Assembly (NCBI RefSeq): GCF_009914755.1
Contig: NC_060929.1
DNA from: the human T2T-CHM13v2.0 reference genome, Homo sapiens
Strand: one strand, 5' to 3'
DNA: 64,000 nucleotides
In this document: positions 17,828 to 54,041 of the stretch, in pieces
Position numbering within the stretch: the stretch's first letter is position 1
Layout of the letters: every line of letters begins with the position of its first letter
Program-made: the position numbers and the translations under genes
The notes under the pieces: model-generated
Told to the model about the DNA's origin: nothing
Seen by the model: the letters and a program-made list of their open reading frames with translations, nothing else
The model's database searches: none

Positions 17828-17914
17828 ACAGGAAGCATTGTCTATTCCCTAAGGTGATATAACACATTGGTAGAATAAGTGGTGAGAATATCAAAATAAA
17901 TCTATTTTGAATAA

Positions 17915-19118
<1,204 letters not shown>

Positions 19119-20530
19119 TGATGTGGTTTGGCTGTGTCCCCACCTAAATCTTATCTTGAATTGTAACTCCCACAATTCCCACGTGTGTGGAAGGGACCCA
19201 GTCGGAGGTAATTGAATCATGAGGGCGGATCTTTCCCGTGCTGTTTTCGTGATCGTGAATAAGTCTCATGAGAGCTGATGGTTTTAAAAATGGGAGTTTC
19301 CGTCTCTTCTCTTGGCTGCCGCCATGTGAGACATGGCTTTCACCTTCTGCCATGATTGTGAGGCCTCCCCAGCCATGTAGAACTATAAGTCCATTAAACA
19401 TCTTTCTTATGTCAATTGCCCAGTCTTGGGTATGTCTTTATTAGCAGTGTGAAAATGAAATAATACAGTAAATTGTTACCACTATGGTGGAGCATTGCTG
19501 AAAAGAGACCTGAAACTGTGGAAGCAACTTTGGAACTGGGTAACAGGCAGAGGTTGGAACAGCTTGGAGGGCTCAGAAGAAGACAGAAAAATGTGGCAAA
19601 GTTTGGAACTTCCTAGAGACTTCCAATACTGTGTTGAATAGGAGTGGTGAGAGAGGGCAGCCTTGCCTTTTGCCAGCTTTCAAGGCGAATGCTTCCAGCT
19701 TTTGCCCATTCAGTATGATGTTGGCTGTGGGTTTGTTGTATATGGCTCTTATAATTTTGAGGTGTGTTCCTTTAATACCTTTGCCCAAATGGCTTTGCCC
19801 AAAATGCCGACAATGATATGGACAATAAAGTCCAGGCTAAGATGGTCTCAGATGGAAATGAGGAAATTTTTGCGAAGTGGAGCAAAGGCGACACTTGTTA
19901 CGTTTTAGGAAAGAGACTGGTGGCATTTTTCTCCTGCCCTAGAGATTTGTGGGACTTTCAACTTGAGGGAAATGATTTAGGGTATCTGGCAGAAGAAATT
20001 TCTAAGCAGCAAAGCATTCAAGAAGTGACTTGGGTGCTGTTAAAGGCATTCAGTTTTATAAGGGAAGCAGAGCATAAAAGTTCAGAAAATTTGTAGCCTG
20101 ATAATGTGATAGATAAGAAAATCCCATTTTCTGAGGAGAAATTAAAGCTGGCTGCAGAAATTGGCATAAGTAGCAAGAAGACAAATGTTCATCCCCAAGA
20201 CAACGGGGAAAATATCTCCAGGGCATGTCAGAGGTCTTCACAGCAGCCCTTCCCATCACAGGCCTGGAGGCCTAGGAGTTAAAAATGGTTTCTGTGGGCC
20301 AGGACTAGGGTCCCTCTGCTGAGTGCAGTATAGGGACTTGGTGCCCTGTGTCCCAGCCACTCCAGCCATGGCTGAAAGGGGCCAACATAGAGCTTGGGCT
20401 GTGGCTTCAGAGGTGCAAACCCCAAACCTTCACAGATTGCATGTGGCGTTGAGCCTGCGGGTACACAGAAGGCAAGAATTGAGGTTTGGTAACCACCACC
20501 TAGATTTCAGAGGCTGTATAGAAATGCCTG
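19119..20530 (+). mobile_element. THE1B-like LTR (19119-19467) plus truncated MaLR internal sequence
   Basis: tgatgtggtttggctgtgtccc...taataca, then gtaaattg internal start. Confidence 0.9.
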
Positions 20531-20534
20531 AAAG

Positions 20535-20956
20535 TCCCATTCACAATTGCTTCAAAGAGAATAAAATACCTAGGAATCCAACTTACAAGGGATGTGAAGG
20601 ACCTCTTCAAGGACCTCTTCAAGGAGAACTACAAACAACTGCTCAACGAAATAAAAGAGGCCACAAACAAATGGAAGAACATTCCATTCTCATGGATAGG
20701 AAGAATCAATATCGTGAAAATGGCCATACTGCCCAAGGTAATGTATAGATTCAATGCCATCCCCATCAAGCTACCAATGACTTTCTTCACAGAATTGGAA
20801 AAAACTACTTCAAAATTCATATGGAACCAAAAAAGACCCCGCATTGCCAAGACAATCCTAAGCAAAAAGAACAAAGCGGGCAACCCACTCAGGTCCTTTT
20901 CCACATGGTGGAAGCTTTGTTCTTTCACTCTTTGCAATAAATTTTGCTGCTGCTCA

Positions 20957-20990
<34 letters not shown>

Positions 20991-22162
20991 TGGAGGCATC
21001 ATGCTATCTGACTTCAAACTATACTACAAGGCTTCAGTAACCAAAACAGCATGGTAGTGTTCTACCAATAGAACAGAACAGAGCCCTCAGAAATAATACC
21101 ACACATCTTCAACCATCTGATCTTTGACAAACCTGACAAAAACAAGAAATGGGGAAAGGAGTCCCTATTTAATAAATTGTGCTGGGAAAACTGGCTAGCC
21201 ATATGTAGAAAGCTGAAACTGGATGCCTTCCTTACACCTTATACAAAAATTAACTCAAGATGGATTAAAGACTTAAATGTTAGACCTAAAACCATAAAAA
21301 CCCTAGAAGAAAACCTAGGCAATACCATTCAGGACATAGGCATGGGCAAGGACTTCATGACTAAAACACCAAAAGCAATGGCAACAAAAGCCAAAATTGA
21401 TAAATGGGATCTAATTAAACTAAAGAGCTTCTGCACAGCAAAAGAAACCACCATCAGAGTGAACAGGCAACCTACAGAATGGGAGAAAATTTTTGCAATC
21501 TATCCATCTGACAAAGAGCTAATATCCAGAATCTACAAGGAACTTAAACAAAAAAAAACTAGTTCAACCATTGTGGAAGACAGTGTGGCAATTCCTCAAG
21601 GATCTAGAACTAGAAATACCATTTGACCCAGTGATCCCATTACTGGGTATGTACCCAAAGGATTATAAATCATGCTACCATAAAGACACATGCACATATA
21701 TGTTTATTACTGCACTATTCACAATAGGAAAGACTTGAAACCAACCCAAATGTCCATCAATGATAGACTGGATTAAGAAAATGTGGCACATATACACCAT
21801 GGAATACTATGCAGCCATAAAAAATGATGAGTTCATGTCCTTTGTAGGGACATGGATCAAGCTGGAAACCATCATTCTGAGCAAACTATAGCAAGGACAG
21901 AAAACCAAACACCACAAGTTCTCAGTCATATGTGGGAGCTGAACAATGAGAACACTTGAACACAGAGTGGGGAACATCACACACCAGGGCCTGTCATGGG
22001 GTGGGGGTAGGGGGGAGGGATAGCATTAGGAGATATACCTAATGTAAATGACGAGTTAACGGGTGCAGCACACCAACATGGCACATGTATACATATGTAA
22101 CAAACCTGCACGTTGTGCACATGTACCCTAGAACTTAAAGTATAATAAAAAAAAATAAAAAT
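20535..22162 (+). mobile_element. 5'-truncated L1PA5-like element with internal deletions
   Basis: ORF2 C-terminal fragments, 3' UTR and A tail. Confidence 0.92.
20878..20988 (+). mobile_element. Polyadenylated LTR12 (ERV9) R-region retrocopy
   Basis: ggcaacccactc...caataaa...gctcactcttt followed by A26; aaagc on both sides. Confidence 0.8.
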
Positions 22163-23162
22163 AAACTAAAGAATTTCCACACAGCAAAGGAAACTATCAA
22201 CAGAGTAAACAGACAACCTACAGAATGGGAGAAAATTTTTCCAAACTATGCATTCAACAAAGGTCTAATATCCAGTGTCTATAAGGAACTTAAATTTACA
22301 AGGAAAAATTAAAAACCTCATTAAAAAGTGGGCAAAGGACATGAGCACACTTTTCAAAAGAAGACATTCAAGCAGCTAACAATCATATGACAAAAAGCTC
22401 AACATCACTGATCATTAAAGTAAGGCAAGTCAAAACCACAATGAGATACCATCTCATACCAGTCACAATGGCTACTATTAAAAAGTCAAAAAATAACAGA
22501 TTATGTCAAGGCTGTGGAGAGAAAGGAACATTATACACTGTTGATGGGAGTGTAAATTAGTTCAACTATTGTGGAAGACACTGTGGCGATTTCTCAACGA
22601 TCTAAAGACAAAACTTCCATTCGACCCAGTAATCCCATTATGGGCATATACCTAAAGGAATATAAATCATTCTATTGTAAAAACACATGCGTGCATATGT
22701 TCATTGTAGCACTGTTCATGATAGCAAAGACACAGAATCAATCTAAATGCCCATCAATGATAGACTGAATAAAGAAAATATGGTATATATACACCATAAA
22801 TACTATGCAGCCATAAAAAAGAACAAGATCATGTCCTTTACAGGGACATGGATGGAGCTGAAGGGCATTATCCCGAGCAAACAAACAGAGGAACAGAAAA
22901 CCAAATACTGCATGTTCTCACTTATAAGTGGGAGCTAAATGATGAGAACACATGGACACATAAATGGGAACAACACACATTGGGGCTTATTGAAGGGTGG
23001 GAGGAGAGAGAGAATCAGGAAAAATAACAAATGGGTACTAGGCTTAATACATGGGTGATGAAATAATCTGTACAACAAACCCCCCTGACACAAGTTTACC
23101 TATGTAACAAAACTGCACATGTACCCCTGAACTTAAAAGTTAAAAGAGAGATTGAAAAAAAA
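22163..23162 (+). mobile_element. Older L1 (L1PA13-16-like), 3' part
   Basis: 3' UTR gggtactaggcttaatac...tacaacaaacccc. Confidence 0.88.
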
Positions 23163-23214
23163 GTGTATATGTATATATACACATATATATACATACATAT
23201 ACATATATACACAA

Positions 23215-23285
<71 letters not shown>
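23163..23285. repeat. Compound (TA)n(CA)n(TA)n microsatellite
   Basis: Seen directly. Confidence 0.97.
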
Positions 23286-23290
<5 letters not shown>

Positions 23291-23304
23291 CTATTCAAAA
23301 GTAC

Positions 23305-23921
23305 TTTTTTTTTTTTTTTTGAGACAGAGTCTCACTGTCGCCCAGGCTGGAGTGCAGTGGCATGATCCCGGCTCACTGCAGGCTCCGCCCCCTGGGGTTC
23401 ACGCCATTCTCCTGCCTCAGCCTCCCACATAGCTAGGACTAGAGGTGCCCACCACCTCGCCCGGCTAATTTTTTGTATTTTTAGTAGAGAAGGGGTTTCA
23501 CCGTGTTAGCCAGGATGGTCTCGATCTCCTGACCTCGTGATCCGCCCGCCTCGGCCTCCCAAAGTGCTGGGATTACAGGCGTGAGCCACCATGCCCGGCC
23601 CAAAAGTACATTTTTTTAAACATGCTAGGCTGGGCGTGGCTAACGTCTGTAATCTCAGTACTTTGGGAGGCCAAGGTGGTTGAATTGCTTGAGCCCAGGA
23701 GTTCAAAACCAGCCTGGGCAACATGGTGAAACCCCATCTCTACTAAAAAGACCAAAAAATTAGCTGGGCATGGTGGCACGTGCTTGTGTTCCCAGCTACC
23801 TGGGAGGCTGAGGTAGGAAGTTTCACTAGAGCCCAGAAGGCTGAGGCTGTTTTGAGCTGTGATCAGGCCACTGCACTCCAGCCTGGATGAGAGAGACTCT
23901 GTCTGAAAGAAAAAAAAAAAA
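23305..23921. mobile_element. AluY (-, ~23305-23599) and AluJ (+, ~23628-23921), head to head
   Basis: Alu consensus; TSD caaaagtac around the first. Confidence 0.93.
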
Positions 23922-25129
23922 TGTGCTGGGTGGTACATGCTGTATAATCAGCAAAAGATGCACGGGAACACACTTGCAAAGCTTACTAAAATGACTGGCA
24001 AAAGTACTGAGTCATAAGCAATATTCAGGGAGAGAAAGAAGCTCTCTTGCTCCAACATTGTCATATATCCCCTAAAGAGAAAAGGAAAAAGTGAACATGT
24101 CCAGCTGGCTACTTGTGCAGTCTCCAGTGAGCCTTAGAAAATTAGGTGGCCATTCTGCATATCTCCTGGTACATCCTTCTGGGTCCTGCAGACTTGCCAG
24201 CTAGTCCTGCACACCTGCCTTCCTGAGGTTTTCCCTCTATTTAATTTCTCACTAATACCTTATAAAATGCTACATTTATTGACTTCCTCTCTGCAGAAAA
24301 ACAGAGATTAATTCCAACATCCTATCAAATCCATGAGTTTCTTTAATGTGTCACCTAAATCAAATTTAATGAGTCCCCAAAGTGCATGACTGATATTTAT
24401 GAATAGCAGTCACCAAATGTATAATTGTGTCATGTAAGTGGCCTACTATAGCTTCTAACTGTATGCTGCACTTAAGCATACACATCAAAAGTTTTCTGGA
24501 AAATTAATGCTCGTACAAGCTGTGAATAAAGTAAGGCCTTCTTTGCTCTACTTGAGCCATATCTTTATGAATTCCTAACTAATTCTCCCAATTTGCAGTT
24601 CCCAATTTGAAGCAGCAATTCTCTTCCCTCATTAGTCATTCAGAGAAACGAATGCAGTCCACAAAACCTCCCAGGATGAGTCCCTTCAGCCAGAGACTGA
24701 CAATTTAGAAAAGCAAAATTACTGTGAACAAGTGAAAAGACACCTATGCCCTACAAATCCCCTTGAGATAAGAAGAAAGATTCTCTCTCAAGGCATAGAT
24801 ACCCTCTCCTCCATGATAAGGGCACCAGCAAGCATGGAGCAGAGCATTAGAAGACTATACTCCCATAAAAGGAGACAGGCATTCTCTTCTTATTCCCCTC
24901 CCACAAGATCAGCCCCAAAAATGTTGAGAAGGAAGACTGAGAAATTCCTGATGAGGGAAATGCTTTGAAATGGTATGTGCAGGGTATGGTGGCTTTGGCC
25001 TGGGACAAAGGGCAGTCCAGCAAGAAAGTACAGAAGAGGAGGGGAAACGTTGGAGCTCTGTTTTGGCTTCTCCTTCCTGGCTATCTTGAAACAAATAGTG
25101 CCTATTCTCATGCCTGAAGTGACTCAGAT

Positions 25130-25240
25130 CCACTGGTGTGCTGGAGCTGGTATAGTGACCCTCAGTAGCCAATTGTTAAATTTTCAGGAATTTTGCAAGC
25201 TAGTTGTTAAGACAGGCATTATTAAAAATTAAATTATATA
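25130..25240 (+). mobile_element. MER63 (hAT-Blackjack) 5' part
   Basis: cactggtgtgctggagctgg...ttgttaaattttcaggaattttgc. Confidence 0.75.
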
Positions 25241-25249
25241 GTTATTATT

Positions 25250-25543
25250 GGCCAGGTGCAGTGGCTCACACCTGTAATCCCAGCACTTTGGGAGGCCGAG
25301 GCAGGCAGATCACTTGAGGTCAAGAGTTTGAGACCAACCTGGCCAACACGGTGAAATCCCATCTCTACTAGAAATCAGAAATTAGCCAGGCATGGTGGCA
25401 CACACCTGTAATCCCAGCTACTCAGGAGGCTGAGGCAGGAGAATCACTTGAACCTGGGAGGCAGAGGTTGCAGGGAGCTGAAGTCACGCCACTGCACTCC
25501 AGCGTGGGCAACAGAGAGAGAAGCTGTCTCAAAAAAAAAAAAA
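25250..25543 (+). mobile_element. AluS element
   Basis: Alu consensus; TSD agttattatt. Confidence 0.93.
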
Positions 25544-25903
25544 AGTTATTATTAAATGTCATATTACATACAAAGGTATTTGTGTTTCTAGCACCATTAT
25601 TCACAATAGCCAAAAGGTGGAAGCAATCAAGTGTCGGTGGACAGGTGAATGGATAAGCAAAATGTGGTATATACATACAATGCAATATTATTTAATCGAA
25701 AAATTAAGGAAATTCTGATACATGCTCTAACATGGATGAACCTTGAGAACATTATACAAAGTGAAAAAAGACAGTCACAAAAATACAAATACTGTATGAT
25801 TCCACTTATATGAGATACCTAGAGTAGTCAAATTCATAGAGGCAGAAAGTAGAGAGTAGTTGCTACGGGGTAGGGGAAGGAGAAAAATAGGCAGTTAGTG
25901 TTT

Positions 25904-32001
<6,098 letters not shown>

Positions 32002-32255
32002 GGCAGTTAATGTTTAATGGGTACAGAGTTTCAGTTTTGCAAGATGAAAAAGTTCTGGAGCTCTGTTTCACAGCAATGTGAATATACTTTAAACTATAGA
32101 ACTATAGAATTGTATACTAATAAATGGTTAAGATGATAAATTTTATACTGTGTGTATGTTACAACAATTTAAAGTTTTCTTAAAATTAAAAAATAAAAAG
32201 GAAATAAAATCTAAATTCCTGGTTTTGGTAATACATAATTAAGTGAGATATTACC

Positions 32256-32545
32256 GGCTGCGTGCAGTAGCTCACACCTTTGAGCTGAGGCGGGCAGATC
32301 ACTTGAGTCCAGGAGTTTGAGACCAGCCTGGGCAACTTGGCAAAACCCCATCTCAACAAAAAATACAAGAAATTAGCTGGACATGGTGGAGCACACCTGT
32401 AGTTCTAGCTACTCAGGAGGATGAGGCAGCAGGATTGCCTGAGCCCCAGAGGTGGAGGGTGCAATGAGCCATGCATGATGACACCACTGCACCCCAGCCT
32501 GGATGACAAAGCATATTCAGACCCTGTCTCAAAAAAAAAAAAAAA
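32256..32545 (+). mobile_element. AluJ-like element with an internal deletion
   Basis: Diverged Alu. Confidence 0.88.
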
Positions 32546-32614
32546 GTTACCATTGTGGAAAGCTGGAGAATGGGTACTTACCATTGTGGGAAGCTGGAGA
32601 ATGGGTACTATGAA

Positions 32615-33045
32615 TGTTGTCGGAATCAAAACAGGATCACTAATGTTAAGAAAACCCCGACAAATAGAACCAAGGAAGGCCATGAAGAGATGTTCTCATG
32701 CTTGTATGCTTGATAACAAATCTACAACAAAAAACACAACCTTGCACAAAGGCCATCACAACCTTACATAAAAAAAATTTTCTGCAATAATATCCTGCCC
32801 AGCAACTGCCTGTCCAACCTCAAACTAGTGTCACCCTTGGTATTTATCTTTTTAACCAAGGATAATTATTTCAAAACAATTATGAAATCCTCCTCATTTT
32901 TTCCTTTAAAAACCTTTGTCTTCCTTTACTGGCCCCCCAAAATATGCAAGTAATTTACTATGGCATGTGCATGACCATTTTAATGCTCTATTCCCAAATA
33001 AATTTCTTTCAGAGAGCATCTTTCTGTTTGTTATTTAGGTTGACA
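32615..33045 (+). mobile_element. ERV1 solo LTR (MER65-like)
   Basis: tgt...ggaaggccatgaag...aataaa...taggttgaca. Confidence 0.75.
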
Positions 33046-33119
33046 GTGCACAGAATCTCCCTGTGCTGTGCTGTAACTTCTTATGAGTGTATAATTAGTT
33101 CCAAAGTAAAAGTTCTTTA

Positions 33120-33397
33120 AAGTGATAAATACTCAAACATAATCACTTTCTAATTATTTTACTACAACTTTGCTATTATCTACATTCTTGACGTTATTTC
33201 TATCTATTGTGTTTGCATGGTGGATATATTGTGTAATGGTGTGCTACTGTACATCTCCTCTCAACTTCGCTTTCAGTTGGCAGGTTGAAATCAGCCACAG
33301 TGGGAGTATGTATACCGCAGAAATCAGTAGACACTACAAGTCTGATCTTCCTCCTATGTAGCAGCCAGTTGTTAAGACTTTACCTGTGGCCCAGGTG
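33120..33397 (+). mobile_element. MER63 3' part
   Basis: aatactcaaa...atcactttctaattattttactaca...aatggtgtgctactg. Confidence 0.7.
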
Positions 33398-33509
33398 CCC
33401 TCATGATTAAAATCAGGTTAGCACTGAAGTTCTTCCTTGTGAGGGGATGAGAAATAAGTGGGGACTAACTGATCTTTGGCAGTTGCTTAGAACGTTTAGA
33501 ATTGAGGAA

Positions 33510-37100
<3,591 letters not shown>

Positions 37101-37850
37101 TGACTCTCTATGGGTAAGTTGCAGAAATCTCTAAACTTCATTTTATCCCTAAATACTTAGTCACGCATCCCCTAAGAATAAAGACATTCTCCTATAAAAC
37201 CACAACCAATTATCTACCCAGGAAAATTAACAAATAAATAATGTCATCTAATACACAATTTATATTCAAATATCCCTAACTGTCCCAGAAATGTCTTTTA
37301 TTAGCTTGTATAGCTGTTTTTTAATCCAAGATTTGATCATTATTAGTACATTGCATTACATTAAGTCTCTTTTGCCTCTTTTAATCTAGAACAGTTCTCA
37401 CACCTTTTGGTAGTAGTGTTTGTTGTTTATGAGGTTGGTATTGGTGGTGATACTGATATTTCTCATGATATTGACTTTTTGTTTTAAGAGTTCAGCCCAA
37501 TGTTCTTATAAAATGCCCCACATTCTGGATTTGAAGGTTTATTAATATCTGACTGTTTCCCCATTACTAGATTCAGATTAAACATTCCTGGCAAGAATAA
37601 TACCTAGATGATGTTGTGTATTTTATTGTACCACCATTAGTGATGCTGTTTTTGTTAACATATTTAATGTGCTATCAGACCTCTTCATCATAAATGAAGT
37701 ATATCTTTCCCCTTTGCAATTAATAAATTACTTGGAAGTGATACTTTGAGACCATGTCCCCCCAATTTTTCACCCAATGGTATTAGCATGCATTGATAGT
37801 CCTTGCCTGAATCAATTTTTATGTTGTGAGTTGAAAAATAGTTATTTTTT

Positions 37851-38578
37851 GCAAATCAAAACCACAATGAGATATCATCTCACTCCAGTTAGAATGGCGA
37901 TCAATAAAAAGTCAGGAAACAACAGATGCTGTAGAGGATGTGGAGAAATAGGAATGCTTTTACAGTGTTGGTAGGAGTGTAAATTAGTTCAACCATTGTG
38001 GAAGACAGTGTGGCGATTCCTCAAGGATCTAGAACTAGAAATACCATTTGACCAAGTGATCCCATTACTGGGTATATGCCCAAAGGATTATAAATCATGC
38101 TAATATAAAGACACATGCACACGTATGTTTATTGTGGCACTATTCACAATAGCAAAGACTTGGAACCAACCCAAATGTCCATCAATGATAGACTGGATTA
38201 AGAAAATGCAGCACATATACACCATGGAATACTATGCAGCCATAAAAAAAGAATGGGTTCATGTCTTTTGCAGGGACATGGATGAAGCTGGAAACCATCA
38301 TCCTCAGCAAACTATCACAAGGACAGAAAACCAAACACCACATGGTCTCACTCATAGGTGGGAATTGAACAATGATGGACAGAGGGCAGGGAACATCACA
38401 CACCGGGGCCTGTCGGAGGGGGGTCTGGGGGAGGGATAGCATTAGGAGAAATACCTAATGCAAATGATGGTTGATGGGTGCAGCAAACCAACATGGCACA
38501 TGTATACCTATGTAACAAACCTGCACATTGTGCACATGTACCCTTGAACTTAAAGTATAATTTTAAAAAAAAGAAGAG
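37851..38578 (+). mobile_element. 5'-truncated L1PA6/7 inserted in an old antisense L1M
   Basis: ORF2 end plus 3' UTR; TSD aaaaatagttatttttt. Confidence 0.92.
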
Positions 38579-38718
38579 AAAAATAGTTATTTTTTTTCAT
38601 TTGATCATTTCTTCTATGTTTACTAGTTGGAACTTTATTTTTTAAAAAAAGCATTTCTCTCTTTCATACCAATATAGATTTACAGATTTATGTCTTTGTG
38701 TATTATGACCATTATTAA

Positions 38719-43526
<4,808 letters not shown>

Positions 43527-43769
43527 TCCCTTTATATAAGCCTTTAAGAGGTCTGTACACACTGGCCACCATACCAGATTGCCTCACCGCAGTGAACACT
43601 GATCAGTCATTTGCAGGCTATCTATAGCTTATGAGGTGATCTGGCCCCTGAGGTTTATGCCTCAGGAGCCCCTGTCCTCTCTTAGAAAGTATGAACTCAA
43701 GTCACACAAAGACACGGAAACAATTAGTCTTAATGGCAGGAGAGAAAGTAGCTGAGTCAACAGCATAAT

Positions 43770-45180
<1,411 letters not shown>

Positions 45181-46134
45181 TGACCTCAATGTAAGGAAAC
45201 AAGAGACTGAGGGGCCCTAGAGAGAGGACTCCAGAGACCCCAGCTGACTACAAGTACCAACCATGATACATCTGAGTGGGGTCATCTTGGACTTTCTAAC
45301 CCTCAACAGAACACAGCGGCATGAATAAGATCAGGCAAAACAGCACAGAAACCACCTAGTTGGTCTATAGAATCTTGAGGAATAATAAATAGTGACTTCT
45401 CTCTCTCGCTCCCATATTTTGTCTATTGGCAAATTGTGCTGGCTCTATTTTCAAAATACACGCTGAATAGGATCACTACTCATCAGCTCTAACGCTACCT
45501 ACTGGACCAAGCCATCATCTATAATGTGGGTTATAAAATGGTCTCCTAACAAGTCTTTTTGGAATGATTAAAACATCTTCTATCTTGATTGTGGTCAAAT
45601 TCATCAAGCTGTACACTTTTTATGGGTAGATTTTATTGTATTAATAACTAATGCTTCAAAAGTCCTGACTTAAAAAAGTAACATGAAACCACTCAAGCTT
45701 TCAAGTCATTTTCAAAGCACAATAAATCCATGTTAAACCAACTGCATATTTTTTAAGACAAGTGCAAAATAACCTTTGGTATGAAATAAAGGGGCAAAAC
45801 CAGCTATAGAAACATCAAATTTTACTCTAAATAAGCAAATGCATGTACAAGTCACACTCTTTCTGAGAAGCTGATAGAACATAATTATAATAAACATAGG
45901 GAGAAAACTTAATAAGCTGATATAGGCAGAAATCTCTTTATTAAATGATCCTGTATATCATAGGAAGCAATTCAAGGAGCAGCTACTATCATCAGCCAGT
46001 GCTCTCAGTTTGCTTTACGGTTGAATGAAAAGGCTGATATGCAGACTTTGAATAAGTTGTTGACATATTTGCAATACATATTTGAAAGAGAAGGACTTAA
46101 CCAACTTTTGTTCTCTTTAACTAAAGAGCTTTTG

Positions 46135-51603
<5,469 letters not shown>

Positions 51604-52300
51604 TTTAAAAAAACAGAACCTTAGAAAGGCCAGGGTACATGGTGAGACTAAAAACAAAAGGTTGGTTGTCGGTCTACATGAAAACCCAGACCCTGACAAG
51701 TTCCCTTTCCTACTCTATATGACGTAGCCAGATTCGTGCACAACTTAAATACGTTTATTAATGTGTGCATACACATTTAGAACAGTGGGGTTTCAATTGG
51801 AAAAATGAATTCTAGGTAAAATGTTTTCAAGTCTTTATAATATTCAGATGGGGTTTAAACAGCAAGGAAATACCAATGTATGGCTTTACATGGTCATCAA
51901 AGATTGTGTGACAAACCTACTTTCATCCCTTCCAAATTACGCCCAGAGTCCAGGGGCAATGTGGGCTGAACATAAAGCACTGTTTCTAAACCCAAAATGG
52001 TCAATTTCCTATGTTCTTAGAAAATGTGAGAATTAGCTTAAAAATCTAAGTTGGACCTATTTTAGCCTGGAAAGATATTTCGAAGTTAAAGCTAAATTTA
52101 TAAACTCTCATTATTTGTCTTCAAAGACTAGTAACACCATTAAAACAATGCGATGTTCATATGTTGAGTCCTCCTTGGGAAGAAAAAGCAAGAAACATCC
52201 AAAATTATAAACCCACCTTCACATATTCCAACAAATATGTTTTTAAAATAACAAATCAAACGCAACACTCAGAGAGACTATAAGCCATGCAACAATGTCT

Positions 52301-52306
52301 TTTATT
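52301..52306 (-). terminator. HINT1: HINT1 polyadenylation signal AATAAA
   Basis: tttatt on the + strand ~130 nt past the stop codon, with GT/T-rich sequence downstream on the minus strand. Confidence 0.85.
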
Positions 52307-52437
52307 ATGTATGCGGTTTTAAAATTATTTCTTGAATCTCTCCATACACAGGCAAAAATAAGTGTGTTACTTAACATACTGGAAATTGCCTAACTTAATC
52401 ATTGCCTAAAGAAGAGAAAATTATCCCCAAAACGTGC

Positions 52438-52683
<246 letters not shown>

Positions 52684-52847
52684 TCAAATCTTAAAACTCT
52701 CATTGAAACACAACCCTTTGAGCAAATATTTGGAAACTCTTAATCCCAACAGAGCATAATCTACAACTGGAGACTCATTAAGATTAGGTATTTATCATTA
52801 CTAATTTCAAGAAACAAATTAGAAATAAAATCTGCTGTTCAATTAAA

Positions 52848-53142
52848 CTTTTTTTTTTAAGAGATGGGGTCTTGCTCTGTCACTCAGACTGGAGTGCAGT
52901 GGCACGATCTCAGCTCACTGCAGCCTCGACCTCCCAGGTTGAAGTGATCCTCCTGCCTCACCCACCCAAGGAGCTGGGACTACAAGCACATGCCACCACA
53001 CCCGGCTAATTTTTGTATTTTTTTGTTGAGATGGGGCTTCTCCAATGTTGTCCAGGCTGGTCTCGAACTCCTGCGCTTGGGCAATCTGCCCACCTTAACT
53101 TCCAAAGTGCTGGGATTACAGGCACAAGGCACTATGCCCAAC
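52848..53142 (-). mobile_element. AluJ in HINT1 intron 2
   Basis: Alu consensus. Confidence 0.9.
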
Positions 53143-53672
53143 CAAAAAAAAAACTTAATTATATTCCAAGTGCTGTTTTAAGTTTTCTTAATAAAGCAAG
53201 ACATCTTGCTTTCTTTATGACTTCCTTATGACCATTATGGATTTTCCTTTGAACACTACCAGATCTATTGCATTGTCGGGACTTGCAGGATCCTGTGGCA
53301 AATACCTAGTCTCGCTCTGTGTCATCCTGTTTGTTTTTTGGTTCTATCTACAGTCAATTTGTCTCTATTTACACATGGAGTCTATTTGTATGTTGCCAGC
53401 TTTCTTCCCTAATAAAAGTTAAAGGGGAGAAGGTTGGCAAGAGAAAAGAACTTTAACTCCCATTTCACTGCTTATGCTTTCCCATTATGAGAGAAAAAAG
53501 TTGGGAGGGTTAACTTCAACATTCTAAAAAGCTCTCAGGAAAGGGAACTCCTTTAATTCCTTTGGCAAGAAAAGAGGGAAGGGAGAGAGTCTTACATTTC
53601 TATTCCCATTACCTTATTAAGCCCCAGGACAGTGGACTCTGCTTACCTTACTCATGCAGTAAGGTCCATTGT

Positions 53673-54041
53673 ACAGATGGACAATGGACAAAAATTGTAA
53701 GTTGGGGAAATTATGATTTTTCAACTTTACAATGGTGTGGCGATATGCATTCAGGAGAAACCATACTTCGAATTCTGATCCTTTTCCAGACTGGTGATAT
53801 GCAGTAAAATACTCTTACATGAGATATTCAACACTCTGTTACAGAATAGGCTCTGTATTAGATGATTTTGCCCAACTGTAGGTTAACGTTAAGTGTTCCG
53901 AGCAAGCTTAAGTTAGACTAGGCTAGGCTATAATGTTCAGTAAGTTAGGTGTCTTACACGCATTTTCAACAGACATACAATATTTTCAACTTATGATGGG
54001 TTTATCAGCATGTAAGCCCATCTTAAGTTGATGAGCATCTA
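53673..54041 (-). mobile_element. MER47 (Tigger5-derived) DNA transposon fossil
   Basis: gatgattttgcccaactgtagg...caacttatgatgggtttatc...gagcatct. Confidence 0.8.

Noticed and set aside
23305-23921. Head-to-head Alus ~28 bp apart as a cruciform or fragile site
   Set aside because: The AluY and AluJ are too diverged for a strong claim, and no transcript is evident.
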